Virus record (IMG/VR): IMGVR_UViG_2758568661_000004
Direction: 5' to 3' (one strand)
From: a virus
Lineage: Duplodnaviria; Heunggongvirae; Uroviricota; Caudoviricetes
DNA: 64,000 nucleotides
Shown here: piece after piece, positions 1 to 9,730 of the stretch
Layout of the letters: every line of letters starts with the position of its first letter
Position numbering within the stretch: the first letter of the stretch is position 1
Position numbers and translations under genes: made by a program
Notes under the pieces: generated by a model
The model's database searches: none
What the model saw: only the letters and a program-made list of their open reading frames with translations
Told to the model about the DNA's origin: nothing

Positions 1-273
1 CTGTCTGGCTGAACCTCGGGTTCAGGGTCCGGTGCGGGGGTGAACGGAACGTACGTGCCCGCCTTCACATCAGCTTTGTGGATCTTGTGCCAGTTCCGCC
101 GAGCGTATGCGGACGGGAACGCGTCGGACAGTTGACCGCAGGAGCAGAGGGCGCGACCTTCACCGGCGGAGGTGATGTAGCGCGCACCGTTGGTGATGCG
201 GTTCTTGTAGATGTTGAACGGGGCGCCCTCGTTGAGGAGGTAGTGCCCGGAGACTCGTGTGAACTCGGTCATG
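1..273 (-). CDS. hypothetical protein (N-terminal part; gene continues beyond window start)
   Basis: Minus-strand ATG at 271-273 preceded by AGGAAAGGA SD and a class-I junction motif at 295-305; frame open to window edge (MTEFTRVSGHYLLNEGAPF...). Absent from ORF track because truncated. Confidence 0.45.
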
Positions 274-309
274 GTGTTTCCTTTCCTACCGCATCATGCG
301 CAGGTTCGT

Positions 310-618
310 TCAACCGGCCTTATTTACCCCGTAGGAATCACCGATTTCGAACTCGTGGTACGTCGTCTCGTCGACGTACACCCAGCCGGTGTCCCGGCCG
401 TCATCCAGGTTGAATCTCCACTTCTCGGACACATGCTGCTGAACCGGCATCTGCACGGTGCAGTTCATGTTCTTGTCGTAGGAGTAGCACTGCATGGTTG
501 TGTAGCTGTACGCCGGCTCGTAGTTCTTCCCGGTGACCGTTCCGGCGGAGATTGCGGAACAGCCCGCGAGGATGACAACAGCGGCAGCCACGGTAACAGC
601 GACGAGGATCTTCTTCAT
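310..618 (-). CDS. lipoprotein (signal peptide + LAGC lipobox)
   Basis: ORF track; N-term MKKILVAVTVAAAVVILAGCSA; junction motif 627-637 with 4-codon minicistron ending ATGA on start. Confidence 0.7.
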   Translation of the reverse strand: MKKILVAVTVAAAVVILAGCSAISAGTVTGKNYEPAYSYTTMQCYSYDKNMNCTVQMPVQQHVSEKWRFNLDDGRDTGWVYVDETTYHEFEIGDSYGVNKAG

Positions 619-626
619 GCCACCCT

Positions 627-637
627 CATGCGCAGGA
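627..637 (-). promoter_or_regulatory. class-I junction motif (coding-strand TCCTGCGCATGAGG), representative
   Basis: 2 nt after upstream stop, motif ATG 11 nt before downstream ATG. Confidence 0.6.
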
Positions 638-639
638 GC

Positions 640-889
640 TCAGACGAACTGTCCGACTTTGAGGTTGTTGAACATGCCAGGTGACACGTACCGCCAGCCG
701 ACGCGGCCGCGTTCGTCTCGCACGTCAAGGCGGTACAGGGTGCGGTCGCCGCGCTTCTCGATCGCCTTCACGAGGATGCGGCCGTTACGGGTGAGCGGGA
801 GGCGGTACAGGTAGCCGAGAGCGGCGACGGCAGCTGAGGCGAGGGCAGCGAGGATGAGGGAATTCTTGGGGGTCATATGGGTAGTCATG
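640..889 (-). CDS. small membrane-anchored hypothetical protein
   Basis: ORF track (640..924) trimmed to class-II motif ATG (MTTHMTPKNSLILAALASAAVAALG...); ATGA overlap with upstream stop. Confidence 0.5.
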
Positions 890-1319
890 CGGCGAACATC
901 GGCTGGGCCTGCCGTGCAGACCACCCCCAGAACGCCCGTATCGTCACCATGAGAACCGTGCCGATGATGGCACCGGACGCGTTCATCGCCACATCTTGGA
1001 GGCTGGGGAACCGGTTATGCAGGAACAGCAGCTGCCCCAGTTCCGCCGTCATGGATGCGGCCGCACCGCCTGCCGGTGCAACCCACCACAGGCGGGGCGG
1101 TAGTGATGCGGCGAGCAGGAACCCGACGGGGATGAAGAACATGATGTTCGCGGTCGCCTCCAACTGCGGGTACCCGAACCAGCTGGGAAGCACACCAGCG
1201 TGAGCCCAGGTGAGGGCGTCGGAAATCTGGGTGGAGAACGGGGCGTCAACCGGTCCGGGAGAAGCCACAACTGCGACCCCGAACCCGATGTAGAGGGCGA
1301 GAAGGATCCGGGGAAGCAT
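885..1319 (-). CDS. VanZ-like membrane protein
   Basis: ORF track; multi-TM; SLQDVAMNASGAIIG resembles VanZ family motif. Confidence 0.6.
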   Translation of the reverse strand: MLPRILLALYIGFGVAVVASPGPVDAPFSTQISDALTWAHAGVLPSWFGYPQLEATANIMFFIPVGFLLAASLPPRLWWVAPAGGAAASMTAELGQLLFLHNRFPSLQDVAMNASGAIIGTVLMVTIRAFWGWSARQAQPMFAA

Positions 1320-2522
1320 CAGTACAGGTTCACGCCGCGGGCGCTCATGAACGGTTGCGCGTCGATACGGGAGCCGTCCTGGAACACCTCGAAGTGCAGG
1401 TGGCAGCCGGTGGAAGCGCCGGTTGATCCGACAAGCGCGATGACCTGACCTGCGGTCACCTGCTGGCCGTCGGCCACTTGGATGCCTCCGTCAACGATGT
1501 GGGCGTACCCAGTTTCGAAGTCACCGTGGGAGATCTTCACGAAGTTCCCGTATGTTCCAAGACGTCCAGCCCAGACGACAGTTCCGGTGGCGGCTGCGTA
1601 GATCGGGGAGTTGCAGGACGCGCCGATGTCGGTTCCGTAATGGGTGCCGCCGGAGCATCCACCGGATGAGCAGATGACGGCACGGGGGCCGTACACATCG
1701 GTGATTCCGCCGGCGGCAGGTCGTGCCCAACCGGATGGGCCGACAGCACCGGCTGTGTAGCTACCACCGACACGGGATGGTGTGATGATGGCGCTTCGGT
1801 AGGCGGCAGCTGTTGCAGCCTCCTGGTTGCGGAGGAATGCAACCTTCGCTTCCATCTCGACGATCTTCACCTGCTGGGCGGCGAGGGCAGCGTCCGCTTC
1901 CTGCTGGGCATCTTTCGCGTCATCCAGTTTCGCCTCAGCTTCCTCGCGGAGCTTCTCCCGGGCGCTTTCCGCTGCGTCAGCCTGGCCGGACAGCGATTCG
2001 GACGTGTTCGATGCAACCTCAGCGGCTTCGTACACGGTGGCGGTTGAACTGGTGACTTTGGACATCCGCGCCAGCCTCGACAGCATGTCTTTGGATTTGC
2101 TTTCATCGGAGAGGAACATCTGCACCTGCTGGTCGCCGACGTTCCCGGAACGATACATCTGCGCAGCCATCTGCCCAGCTATTTTCGATGCGTGCTTCGC
2201 TTCCGCCTGAGCTTTGCCAGCCCTCTCGGAGAGGTCGTCCGCGCGTTCGGTGGCGGCATCCAGTTTCTGCTGCGCTTCATCCAGGTCTGCGGCTGCGGAG
2301 TCCGCAACCTTCTGAGCGTTCTTGATGTCGTCGTTCAGTTGGCCGATGGATGCTTCCAGTGAGTCAACCTGCGCTTGGGCGTCGGCGGTGTTCGCTTTCG
2401 CTTTCTCCACATCCGACCAGCTGGGGTTCTCGACAGCGTTTGCGGGTGCTGCGGCAGCACCGATGGCAACGGTCAAGGTGATTGCTGCGGCGGCAAGGGC
2501 GGTACGGAGTGCGGATTTCATA
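1319..2522 (-). CDS. secreted M23 (LytM-type) peptidoglycan metalloendopeptidase with coiled-coil region
   Basis: ORF track trimmed to MKSALRTALAAAAITLTVAIGAAAAPANA signal peptide; long Ala/Glu/Lys-rich coiled coil; C-term GSTGASTGCHLHFEV M23 signature. Confidence 0.85.
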
Positions 2523-2609
2523 GGATTGTGTTTCCGGGTGAGTACGGCGAAGGGGTTACCTGCACAGACATGCGGCAACCCCTCCGATGGAGACGAAATC
2601 GTGTCGGGG

Positions 2610-3833
2610 TCAGCCGACGGTGGAGCCTACGGATGCCATGAACGGCTGCGGGTCAACACGGCTGCCGAACAGGTACACCTCGTAGTGGAGGTGGCATCCG
2701 GTGGAAGCGCCGGTGGACCCGACGAAGCCGATGACATCGCCGGCCTGCACGTACTGACCAAGGCCGACGTTGTATCCGGACAGGTGGGCGTAGCCGGTCT
2801 GGGCGTTGGCGCCGTGGTCGACCATGATGAAGTTGCCGTGGGTGCCGTCGTAGGCGGCGAAGTTGACGGTTCCGGCGTGGGCTGCGAGGACGGGGGTTCC
2901 GCATCCTGCGGCAACGTCGGTGCCCGAGTGGAACCCGGAGGAGCAACCGTCGCCGGCGCAGATGACGGCGCGGGGTCCGTAACCGTCGGAGATCCCACCG
3001 GTAGCGGGGTCAACCCAACGGTTCAGGTAGGCCTGCTCGGCGGCGATGCGTGCAGCTTCAGCCTCAGCAGCCTTGCGGGCTTCCTCAGCCTTGCGGGCTT
3101 CCTCTTCCGCCTTCTTCTGCGCTTCGATGTCGGCGAGGCGCTGCTCCGCGGCGGTCTGCGCCTTCTTCTCAGCCTTGACGGCTTCCTTCTCGAATGCGGT
3201 GGTGTCCTGAGCGTTCTTGTCTTCGAGGAAGTCCAGCTGAGCCTTCAGCTCTGCCGCCTTGACCTCGTGGGCGGCCAGGTCTGCCTCTGCCAGCTTCTGA
3301 ATCTCGGCGGCAGCGGCAAGCTCCTCCTCGGGGGTGAGGGCGGGTTCCGGCTTCGCGGCGGCGCCGTTGGCGATGTCGTTCACAGGTGCCGGTGCTGGTG
3401 CGGCGAGGGCCGGTGCGTCCTTCTGCACGTCCTCGACTGCTGACAGGACAGCCGTGACGGATTCCTTATCTTCGGCCGGGGCGGGTTCCACAACATCACC
3501 GGTGGCTTTCAGGCGGGCGTCCACGAGGGCGGCTGCGGCTGCCTCGGCGTTCTCCCGTGCCTTCTCGACTTCATCGTCGATGTGCTTGAGGCTGGTGACG
3601 ATGACCTTGGCCTGCTTGTGAGCGGTTTCAGGGGCAGCCTTCACAGCGGTCAGGGTTGTCCAGGACGGGTTCTCGCTGACGGTTGCGGTTGTTGCCATGG
3701 CGTTGGCGCTGGCTCCGAACACGGTGGCTGCTGCGATGGATGCTGCGATGATCGTGGTGCGGACTCGGGTTTTGGTGCTGGGGGTCAAAATGGTGGTTCT
3801 CCTTGAGTGGGGCGATTTCTTCGCTATCCCCAT
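2610..3833 (-). CDS. secreted M23 peptidase paralog with coiled-coil region
   Basis: ORF track; start is either motif ATG 3833 (HSRRTTIL possible Tat-like n-region) or TTG ~3788 behind AAGGAG SD; C-term GSTGASTGCHLHYEV. Confidence 0.85.
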   Translation of the reverse strand: MGIAKKSPHSRRTTILTPSTKTRVRTTIIAASIAAATVFGASANAMATTATVSENPSWTTLTAVKAAPETAHKQAKVIVTSLKHIDDEVEKARENAEAAAAALVDARLKATGDVVEPAPAEDKESVTAVLSAVEDVQKDAPALAAPAPAPVNDIANGAAAKPEPALTPEEELAAAAEIQKLAEADLAAHEVKAAELKAQLDFLEDKNAQDTTAFEKEAVKAEKKAQTAAEQRLADIEAQKKAEEEARKAEEARKAAEAEAARIAAEQAYLNRWVDPATGGISDGYGPRAVICAGDGCSSGFHSGTDVAAGCGTPVLAAHAGTVNFAAYDGTHGNFIMVDHGANAQTGYAHLSGYNVGLGQYVQAGDVIGFVGSTGASTGCHLHYEVYLFGSRVDPQPFMASVGSTVG

Positions 3834-3989
3834 GCGCAGGACTGCCCGCTAGAACGCGGAAAGTGCCTTTGGCGCTCTCCTATTTGCCTTTTGACCGGGC
3901 TTTCTAACAGTTCCCTGAATGCCACGCTCAGGCTCTTCGCTCGCTTGATTGACTGTCGAATGGCGCCGATACCCAGCTGCCGGGAACAC

Positions 3990-4024
3990 GAAAGCCGTCA
4001 CGGTTCGGGTCCGTGACGGCTTTC
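3990..4024 (-). terminator. intrinsic terminator hairpin (14-bp perfect stem GAAAGCCGTCACGG/CCGTGACGGCTTTC)
   Basis: Perfect inverted repeat 14 nt after the stop of the 4038..4538 gene. Confidence 0.6.
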
Positions 4025-4037
4025 GTGGGCTTGTGGG

Positions 4038-4538
4038 TCAGGCTGCGAGTGGCAGCTCCTCGTCCTCGTCGCCGATCAGGTAGAACGTGCGGGCGATGTT
4101 CGCTGCGTCATCCCATCGGTCGCCGGACAGGTCGAAGGTGACCTCCTCGACGGTGGCGTTGTTCGTGTCGGCGATCGCGTAGACGATCTCGTCGTTGTCC
4201 ACGACGTCGTGCAGGGCGACGACGAAACCGTCGGGTGCGATCAGGTTGAGCTCGTCGAGGATGGTGAGGGCGCGGCGTGCGAGCTCCAGCTCTTCAACGG
4301 CTTCCTCGACGCTGGCGCGGACGATGTCATCCGAGTCTGCATCAGTGATTGTGATGAACGTCTCGAGGCCGGTGATCTGGCTGACGATGTCGAACTCGTA
4401 CAGGGGTGAACCGTTGAACGTGTCGGCGGCGCTGAACACGGCGACGTGGAAGGGAGGCAGGAACTGCTCGATGCGGTCCAGTCCGTCCATGATCTGCTCG
4501 AGAGCTGCGGCGTCGAGGGTGGCGAAGTTGTTGCTCAT
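4038..4538 (-). CDS. acidic hypothetical protein
   Basis: ORF track (4038..4556) trimmed to ATG behind GGAGGAG SD (MSNNFATL...). Confidence 0.6.
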   Translation of the reverse strand: MSNNFATLDAAALEQIMDGLDRIEQFLPPFHVAVFSAADTFNGSPLYEFDIVSQITGLETFITITDADSDDIVRASVEEAVEELELARRALTILDELNLIAPDGFVVALHDVVDNDEIVYAIADTNNATVEEVTFDLSGDRWDDAANIARTFYLIGDEDEELPLAA

Positions 4539-4711
4539 GGTGTGGTGCTCCTCCATAGGGGCGGTGCGGCAGGACGCTGCACCGGCTGGTCACTCACGAC
4601 ATGCGCAGAGGACCGATTCCGGTGAAGGCTTCTAGGAAGTCTGAGGATTGCAACCAAACATCACGCCGGAGGAGACGATTCCGTTGCGGAAACCTCACCC
4701 ATGTACCCCGC

Positions 4712-7700
4712 TCAGTTCACTGTTGTCGTCTGGGCGCTGGTCCACACGGTGTCTTTGTACCCGGCTTTGACCGCGGTGACGGTGACGGTGAGCTTCGCAC
4801 CTTTGTCAGCCAACACCAGCTTGTAGGTCTTCGCGGAGCCGCCGGCGATGGCGGTTCCGTTGCGGAACCACTGGTACTTGAACGTGGTGGTGACGGGGGT
4901 CCAACCGGTTCCGGCTGTCGCGGTCAGCAGCTGACCGACGGTGGTAGTTCCGGAGATGGTGGGCAGGTTCGACCCGGTGAAGGACGGCTTCTCAGCGATT
5001 GCGGCGGTGGCGCTGCTCGTCCAGGACTTCTCGACGTAGAGCGGGTTGATGGCGGTGACCGTGACTGTGATGGTCTTGCCCACCTCGGCGTCCTTCAACA
5101 CGTACGTCTTCGCGGCCGCTCCGACGATGGGTGCACCGTTGCGGAACCACTGGTACTTGAACGTGGTGGGTGCCGGTGTGAGGCCGGACGGGACGGCAGT
5201 CAGTGTCTGCCCGTTGGTGGTGATGCCGGTGATCGCGGTTGTCGCGGTTCCGGAGAACGGGAGTGTCGCACCGGTTGTCCCTTGCCCGTCAACCACCCAC
5301 ACTTTGCTGACATAGGTGGCGCGGATCCCGGTCACCTGTACGGTGATTACCTTTCCGAGGTCAGCTGCAACCTGAACGTAGACGTTCTTGGTGGCTCCGG
5401 TGATGGCAACACCGTCACGCAGCCACTGGTAGGTGTAGCTGGCGGGCATCGGGGTGAGACCGGCGGTGCCGGGCTTCACTGTCAACGTCTGGGCGACGTT
5501 GCGGATGCCGGAGACCGTTGCCGTGGGGGTGCCGTCCAACGGGAGCATCGCACCGGTGGTGAGCTGATCCCCGGCGGTCCATACCTTATTCTGGTAGTTG
5601 ACGCGAACACCGGTGACTTTCACGGTGACCTTCTTGTTGAGGTCGTCGTTCGTCTGGATGTATGTGTTCTTGGTGGCTCCGGTGATGGCAACACCGTCAC
5701 GCAGCCACTGGTAGGTGTAGCTGGCGGGCATCGGGGTGAGACCGGCGGTGCCGGGCTTCACTGTCAACGTCTGGGCGACGTTGCGTATGCCGGAGACAAC
5801 AGCGTCGGGGGTGCCGTCCATCGGCAGCATGTCCCCGGCGATGGTCCCGCCGACAGTCCATGTGCGACTGGTGTATCCGGGTGTTGCTGCGGTCACCTTG
5901 ACCGTGATCGCTTTCCCGAGCTCGGCTGCTTTCACCATGTACAGGTTCTTGGTGGCTCCGGTGATGGCGACACCGTCCGCGTTCCACTGGTACGTGTATG
6001 CCTTCGGTGCGGGGGTGAGGCCGGACGGGGTGACGAGCAGGGACTGTCCGACGTTGAACTTCCCTCCAACACCGGCCGCGGGGATTCCGGCGAAGGTGGA
6101 CAGGACGCCGGCTTGCACCGGGTTGCTGGTCCAAGTGGTGTTCGTCACACCTGGGCGGATTCCAGTGACGGCGACAGTGAGCTGCGCTGTCATGTCGGCG
6201 TCACCGACAGTGTAGGCGGCGGCGATCGCACCGGTGATGGCGGCACCGTTCCGGTACCACTGGTACTTGTAGGAGGCGGGTTTCGGCGCCCAGCCGGCGT
6301 CCGGGACGGCGGTGAGCTTGGTGCCCCATGCGATCGGTGAGGTGCCAACGAATGTGATGGCGGGCTTGTTCGTTCCGGTGAACGGTCCGACCGGCGGGAC
6401 GGTCACCTGTTCGGACATCCAGGTGCGGTTGGTGCGCCCCGTGGCGGTCGCGGTGACAGCGACGGACAAGTTCTTCTGGATGTCCGCGGTGGTGACCGTG
6501 TACGTGTTCTTGGTTGCTCCAGCGATGAGGGCGCTGTCGCGCATCCACTGGTACTTGTATGTGGTGGGCTTCGGAACCCAGTCGTTGCCAGGTGCGGCGG
6601 TGAGAACCGATCCGGTGAGCTTGTCGCCGGTGATGGTGGGCAGTACATTTCCGGCGAAGCTGTTGGCTCCGCCGGCGTTCGCGCCAGCGGTCACGGAGAC
6701 GGTAGCGGTGGCGCCGTCGACGGAATCAACTTTCACGGAAACGCCGAGGGCTGCGGAATTGAAGGTGTCACCTGCACCCCAGACGAAGGAGCGGACACCG
6801 GCGGACACCTGCTTCGGGATGACGACGGATGCGCCGTTCGCGTCGATTTTCAGGATGCGGACACCGGTTCCGACGCGGGGGCGTTCGTTCCCTGACGGGT
6901 TCGGGTAGCGGGTGTAAAGGGCGTTGGCGTCACGTCCGGTGGCGTTGCGGTACTCGACGTAGTAGGTGACGTTCGAGTTGGTGTCGGTGACCTTGATGCC
7001 GCGGGTGCCGGTGCCGGATGCGCTGTTCAGTGTGAACTGGGTGGTTCCGGACGTTGGTGCGGTGATGAGGTCGGATCCGAGCAGGTTCAGTCGTGAGCGC
7101 TGGGTGACGTTCAACGCGGTCAGGGTGGGGTTGGATGCGCCGTTCAGCAGGTAGGAGGCGGCCATTGTGTCGTATAGGTCGCCGTACACCTGGTCGGTGC
7201 AGCCGGTGGTGTAAGGGGCGACACCATCTACGGTGGGGGCGGTGCAGTTGTGGGTGTTGGAGTGGTTCAAGGAGAAGTTGTGACCGAACTCATGGGCGAT
7301 GGTCTGGGTGTTCGCCCCGGGCAGGTCCGCCAGCCAGACGAGGCCGCCGGAGTTGATGCCGGATCCGACGGTGGCGAGTCCGATAGCGCCGGTGGCGCAG
7401 CTGTTGGGAGAGATGACCAGCAGGTGCTTGCCGGGGGTGTTGTAGTACGTGTTCGTGGTGTTGCCGAACTTCGTGGCTGCTTCGGTCCAGAGGTTGTTCT
7501 GGTTGCAGGCGTTTGCGGAGCTGTACCGCTGGACGGTGCCGACCCGGTTGATGGCGGAAACGGATCCGCCAGCCTGGTCGGACCAGAACTCTGACGCGAG
7601 GCTGACGAGGTTGTCCACGGCTGCGTCGTTGAATGGTGCCGCCTGACCGCTGGTGGTGACGACGGCGACGTCGACTGTGTGAATGGCTGGTGTCGCTGCG

Positions 7701-8158
7701 ACTTCCGTGGCGGCGACCTCGACTGCGGCGAGCGGGAACGGGGATTCGCCTGCTTCGTCGGTGATTGTCTGACCGGCTGCGGATGTGGCTTCTACTGTGC
7801 CTGAGGTTCGGATCCCGGCGTCTGCGACGAGGTGGGAATCGGCTACGGCGGTCGCTTCGATGTCGGCGCCGGTTGCGGCGTCAGCGGGCAGGGCGTCAGG
7901 TTCGATTGGTACTTGGTCGCCGGTGTCGGTGACGATGTATGCGATGCGGTCTGTTTCAGCCCCTGTTGCGGTGTCCGGTTGGAGGATGACGAGTTCACCG
8001 GTGATGTGGATGTTCACATCCGTCTGTGGTGCCGTCTCAGCGTGCGCTGGGGTAACAGCCGATGCGATGAGGGTCACGGAGGCGAGAGTCGCGAGAAGCG
8101 CCTTCCGAATCCAAGGACGTCGGGTGGTGCCGTGTTCGAGATCGGTTGTGACGCTCAT
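4712..8158 (-). CDS. secreted metzincin-type zinc metalloprotease with ~8 tandem Ig-like repeats
   Basis: ORF track; signal peptide ...TLIASAVTPAHA; HEFGHNFSLNHSN (HExxHxxSxxH); C-terminal ~85-aa repeats with YxYQWxRDGxAIxGAT...Y...D.G..I.V.VT consensus. Confidence 0.85.
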   Translation of the reverse strand: MSVTTDLEHGTTRRPWIRKALLATLASVTLIASAVTPAHAETAPQTDVNIHITGELVILQPDTATGAETDRIAYIVTDTGDQVPIEPDALPADAATGADIEATAVADSHLVADAGIRTSGTVEATSAAGQTITDEAGESPFPLAAVEVAATEVAATPAIHTVDVAVVTTSGQAAPFNDAAVDNLVSLASEFWSDQAGGSVSAINRVGTVQRYSSANACNQNNLWTEAATKFGNTTNTYYNTPGKHLLVISPNSCATGAIGLATVGSGINSGGLVWLADLPGANTQTIAHEFGHNFSLNHSNTHNCTAPTVDGVAPYTTGCTDQVYGDLYDTMAASYLLNGASNPTLTALNVTQRSRLNLLGSDLITAPTSGTTQFTLNSASGTGTRGIKVTDTNSNVTYYVEYRNATGRDANALYTRYPNPSGNERPRVGTGVRILKIDANGASVVIPKQVSAGVRSFVWGAGDTFNSAALGVSVKVDSVDGATATVSVTAGANAGGANSFAGNVLPTITGDKLTGSVLTAAPGNDWVPKPTTYKYQWMRDSALIAGATKNTYTVTTADIQKNLSVAVTATATGRTNRTWMSEQVTVPPVGPFTGTNKPAITFVGTSPIAWGTKLTAVPDAGWAPKPASYKYQWYRNGAAITGAIAAAYTVGDADMTAQLTVAVTGIRPGVTNTTWTSNPVQAGVLSTFAGIPAAGVGGKFNVGQSLLVTPSGLTPAPKAYTYQWNADGVAITGATKNLYMVKAAELGKAITVKVTAATPGYTSRTWTVGGTIAGDMLPMDGTPDAVVSGIRNVAQTLTVKPGTAGLTPMPASYTYQWLRDGVAITGATKNTYIQTNDDLNKKVTVKVTGVRVNYQNKVWTAGDQLTTGAMLPLDGTPTATVSGIRNVAQTLTVKPGTAGLTPMPASYTYQWLRDGVAITGATKNVYVQVAADLGKVITVQVTGIRATYVSKVWVVDGQGTTGATLPFSGTATTAITGITTNGQTLTAVPSGLTPAPTTFKYQWFRNGAPIVGAAAKTYVLKDAEVGKTITVTVTAINPLYVEKSWTSSATAAIAEKPSFTGSNLPTISGTTTVGQLLTATAGTGWTPVTTTFKYQWFRNGTAIAGGSAKTYKLVLADKGAKLTVTVTAVKAGYKDTVWTSAQTTTVN

Positions 8159-8256
8159 GCTGCGTTAGGCATGCGGCGGTCCGGCCTGGTTGCGTCAGTG
8201 GCGCGGGGTTCGCTGCGTGTCACGCAAAGATTGTGCGGATCGGGTGTGAACGTGTT

Positions 8257-8706
8257 TCAGGCGACGGGGGCGAGAGCCTCAGCGATGACCCGGGTCTTTG
8301 CCTCATCGAACGACCACATGAGAAGTGCGTTGTACGCCCACCATGCATCGATACGCCAGGTGTCTTCACCCTCGAAGTACCGGTCCATGTAAGTCGCTTC
8401 CATGGAGTCAAGGTGCTCAGCGGAAACCCATTCGGTGAACGCGGTGACCGCTTCGTCGATGGTCGATGCGGGACCGGTGAACCATGCGGTGCGGGTGACA
8501 CCTTTCCTTGTAACCTCAGCGGAGGTGACAGTGATGTCCCCGGGTTCTCTGATGGCTTTGAGGGCTCGGTTCGGGCCACCCCATTCGTACTCCGAGCTGC
8601 CCATGTAGTCCAAGCTGACGTGAGCGTCGAACCCGGTCTTGTGGGGGCGTTCCTCTACCGTCATTCGGTGGACGAGGTAGAAGCTGCCGGCGGTGAACTG
8701 TGTCAT
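8257..8706 (-). CDS. hypothetical protein
   Basis: ORF track (8257..8775) trimmed to MTQFTAGSFYLVHR; class-I motif 8715-8725 in fixed 11-nt register. Confidence 0.55.
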   Translation of the reverse strand: MTQFTAGSFYLVHRMTVEERPHKTGFDAHVSLDYMGSSEYEWGGPNRALKAIREPGDITVTSAEVTRKGVTRTAWFTGPASTIDEAVTAFTEWVSAEHLDSMEATYMDRYFEGEDTWRIDAWWAYNALLMWSFDEAKTRVIAEALAPVA

Positions 8707-8784
8707 GTTCACATCATGCGCAGAACCTATCTGTTTGGAACAACTGCATAGGCCCGCGCCGGTGGTGACCCCCACGAAAATGAT

Positions 8785-8811
8785 GACGCCCCGACAGATT
8801 GCCGGGGCGTC
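8785..8811 (-). terminator. hairpin terminator GACGCCCCG-N9-CGGGGCGTC followed by T-rich tract on minus strand
   Basis: 9-bp perfect stem; ATCATTTTCG follows on minus strand. Confidence 0.5.
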
Positions 8812-8974
8812 AGACGAACACTTACGGCGTCACCGGCAGGGGTAGCTCACCGAGGTCCTGCACCCTTCGGAGCAGTTGCTCCGGGTTCGCGTGTTAGGTG
8901 CGCTTGATCGGTGCCCGTTGCTGGGCGCTGGAACCTGTTGGTTCCCTTCCACACGGGTTGCCCCGCGCGGATCT

Positions 8975-9175
8975 CTATTCAGCCATGCGGCGAGCTTGCC
9001 GCTGGGCGAGTACTTTGTCCCGGTTCTCCCGGTACCAGGACGGCCACGAGTCCGGGCCGCCTTCCTCCAGTCGCGCGATGGAGTCCTCGAGGACACGGTT
9101 GAACCATGGAAGCTCGTGAACGCTTTCGATGGTCAAGCGCTTCATGGTCTTGATGGCTTCAGCTTCTGTCGGCAT
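8975..9175 (-). CDS. hypothetical small protein
   Basis: ORF track; C-terminus ...RRMAE* is encoded by a class-II motif copy (CGCCGCATGGCTGAATAG). Confidence 0.5.
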   Translation of the reverse strand: MPTEAEAIKTMKRLTIESVHELPWFNRVLEDSIARLEEGGPDSWPSWYRENRDKVLAQRQARRMAE

Positions 9176-9316
9176 CTGCGATCTCCCTGTCCGAGGCGGT
9201 CGTGTGCTCGATCTTGGACATGGCGAATCGGAAGCCGATGTTCATGGACACCCACCCGATGAGCGTTGCGGCGATCGGTACGGCGAAGGCGATGAGGGCG
9301 ACGATCAGGATGATGA

Positions 9317-9730
9317 TCACAGGGCGCCTTTCCGTGCACGGCTCACAGCTTTCCGTGTGGCTTTCGCCACCTTCCGGGGGTCGGTGAGCTTCCCGCCGAG
9401 GGTTGCGATGTCGCTAGCCCCGGTCATCCGCAGCGACCAGCTGCTGTCGGTGACTTCCAGAAGAACCTGGTTCGGGCTCAACGGCCAGACGATGTTCACT
9501 GCACCATCAGTTCGGTCTTCAAGGCATGCCGCCATGACATCGTTCACGGGGAGCATGGAGAGGACGTTGGAGACGTTCCGCTGTGCAGGGTTCCGGTGAA
9601 CTCCGGTACTCACCAGGATGCGTCTCGCAAGACGGGTTCCGTGAACTGTTGCGAACAGGTGGATGGTGAACACGGCGACAGCGGTGGCGCCGGTGACAGC
9701 AGCAACGGCAAGGATGGTGGCGTCGATCAT
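9317..9730 (-). CDS. membrane-anchored hypothetical protein
   Basis: ORF track; N-terminal TM helix; ATGA overlap with upstream gene. Confidence 0.55.
   Translation of the reverse strand: MIDATILAVAAVTGATAVAVFTIHLFATVHGTRLARRILVSTGVHRNPAQRNVSNVLSMLPVNDVMAACLEDRTDGAVNIVWPLSPNQVLLEVTDSSWSLRMTGASDIATLGGKLTDPRKVAKATRKAVSRARKGAL

Noticed and set aside
3831-3833. Treating every motif ATG as the true start codon
   Set aside because: In many junctions the motif ATG is out of frame with the downstream gene, or a better SD-spaced start lies 11-70 nt further on. Only a subset (mainly class II, e.g. 889, 27524, 30035, 31639) plausibly use it as the genuine start.
8868-8881. GGAGCAgtTGCTCC palindrome as a functional site
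   Set aside because: Single copy, short 6-bp arms, no repeated occurrence; it could be chance in GC-rich DNA.
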